This document shows positions 42,416 to 42,595 of a stretch of DNA of 42,595 bases, piece after piece; positions within the stretch are counted from its first letter, which is position 1, and every line of letters begins with the position of its first letter. Both the position numbers and the translations under genes were made by a program. Location: the IMG/VR virus record IMGVR_UViG_3300009285_002354, positions 64,001 to 106,595 of that record; one strand, 5' to 3'. The notes below the pieces were generated by a model that was given only the letters and a program-made list of their open reading frames with translations, did not search any database and was not told the DNA's origin. Origin of the DNA: a virus. Lineage: Duplodnaviria > Heunggongvirae > Uroviricota > Caudoviricetes.

Positions 42416-42595
42416 TTACTTGCGGATCACGGTGAGCAGCGCCCAGACGAACAAGACGGCGAGCCAGAAGCCGGTCGCGATCTGCTGAAAGAGCAGAAGG
42501 AACAAAACGAGCTGCACCCACTCCATGGCGCTGATGCCCTCCGGCAGGAAAGACTTCCAGAGCAGCCAGACGCCCAGGCCGGTCGTGGCGATGAT
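42416..42595 (-). CDS. Partial membrane-protein ORF resembling the N-terminus of OpgH/MdoH, ending early
   Basis: IIATTGLGVWLL..GISAMEWVQLVLFLLLFQQIATGFWLAV..IRK-stop. Confidence 0.4.
   Translation of the reverse strand: MIATTGLGVWLLWKSFLPEGISAMEWVQLVLFLLLFQQIATGFWLAVLFVWALLTVIRK

Noticed and set aside
1-42595. CRISPR array, tRNA or rRNA genes
   Set aside because: No regularly spaced repeats or cloverleaf structures were seen.

Overview
The window is almost entirely one tailed-phage or prophage segment transcribed on the minus strand (right to left). Order: an early/accessory operon of many small genes (42289-22040: lysozyme-like protein, N6-adenine methyltransferase, histone-fold candidate, nucleotidyltransferase, SbcC-like ATPase, Rrf2 regulator, two radical SAM enzymes, an amber-interrupted AAA+ ATPase, ASCH/YkgJ proteins, ParB-like plus ABC-GNAT pair), a lipoprotein/sigma-factor/integrase block (21672-18579), then packaging and head genes (TerS, PBSX-type TerL, portal, MuF with a nuclease-like tail, ADP-ribosyltransferase, protease-scaffold, decoration protein, major capsid, head-tail connectors) and probable virion proteins running off the left edge. 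The integrase and YkgJ types suggest a Planctomycetota host (inference). Best observations: (1) a 257-bp element with 12-bp terminal inverted repeats and an 8-bp target duplication that carries the 3' end of tnpB plus an omega-RNA-like structured region, an unusual combination because classical IS200/IS605 elements have neither TIRs nor TSDs; (2) three HNH cassettes, two antisense with their own sigma70-like promoters and a shared leader, and one that left a duplicated MKILKL start of the gene it invaded; (3) a candidate bacterial-type histone; (4) stacked MuF-nuclease and ADP-ribosyltransferase effectors; (5) several gene stubs (YkgJ, TerS, DUF551, MdoH-like) marking recombination junctions. 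All family assignments come from motif recognition by eye; no database searches were run.
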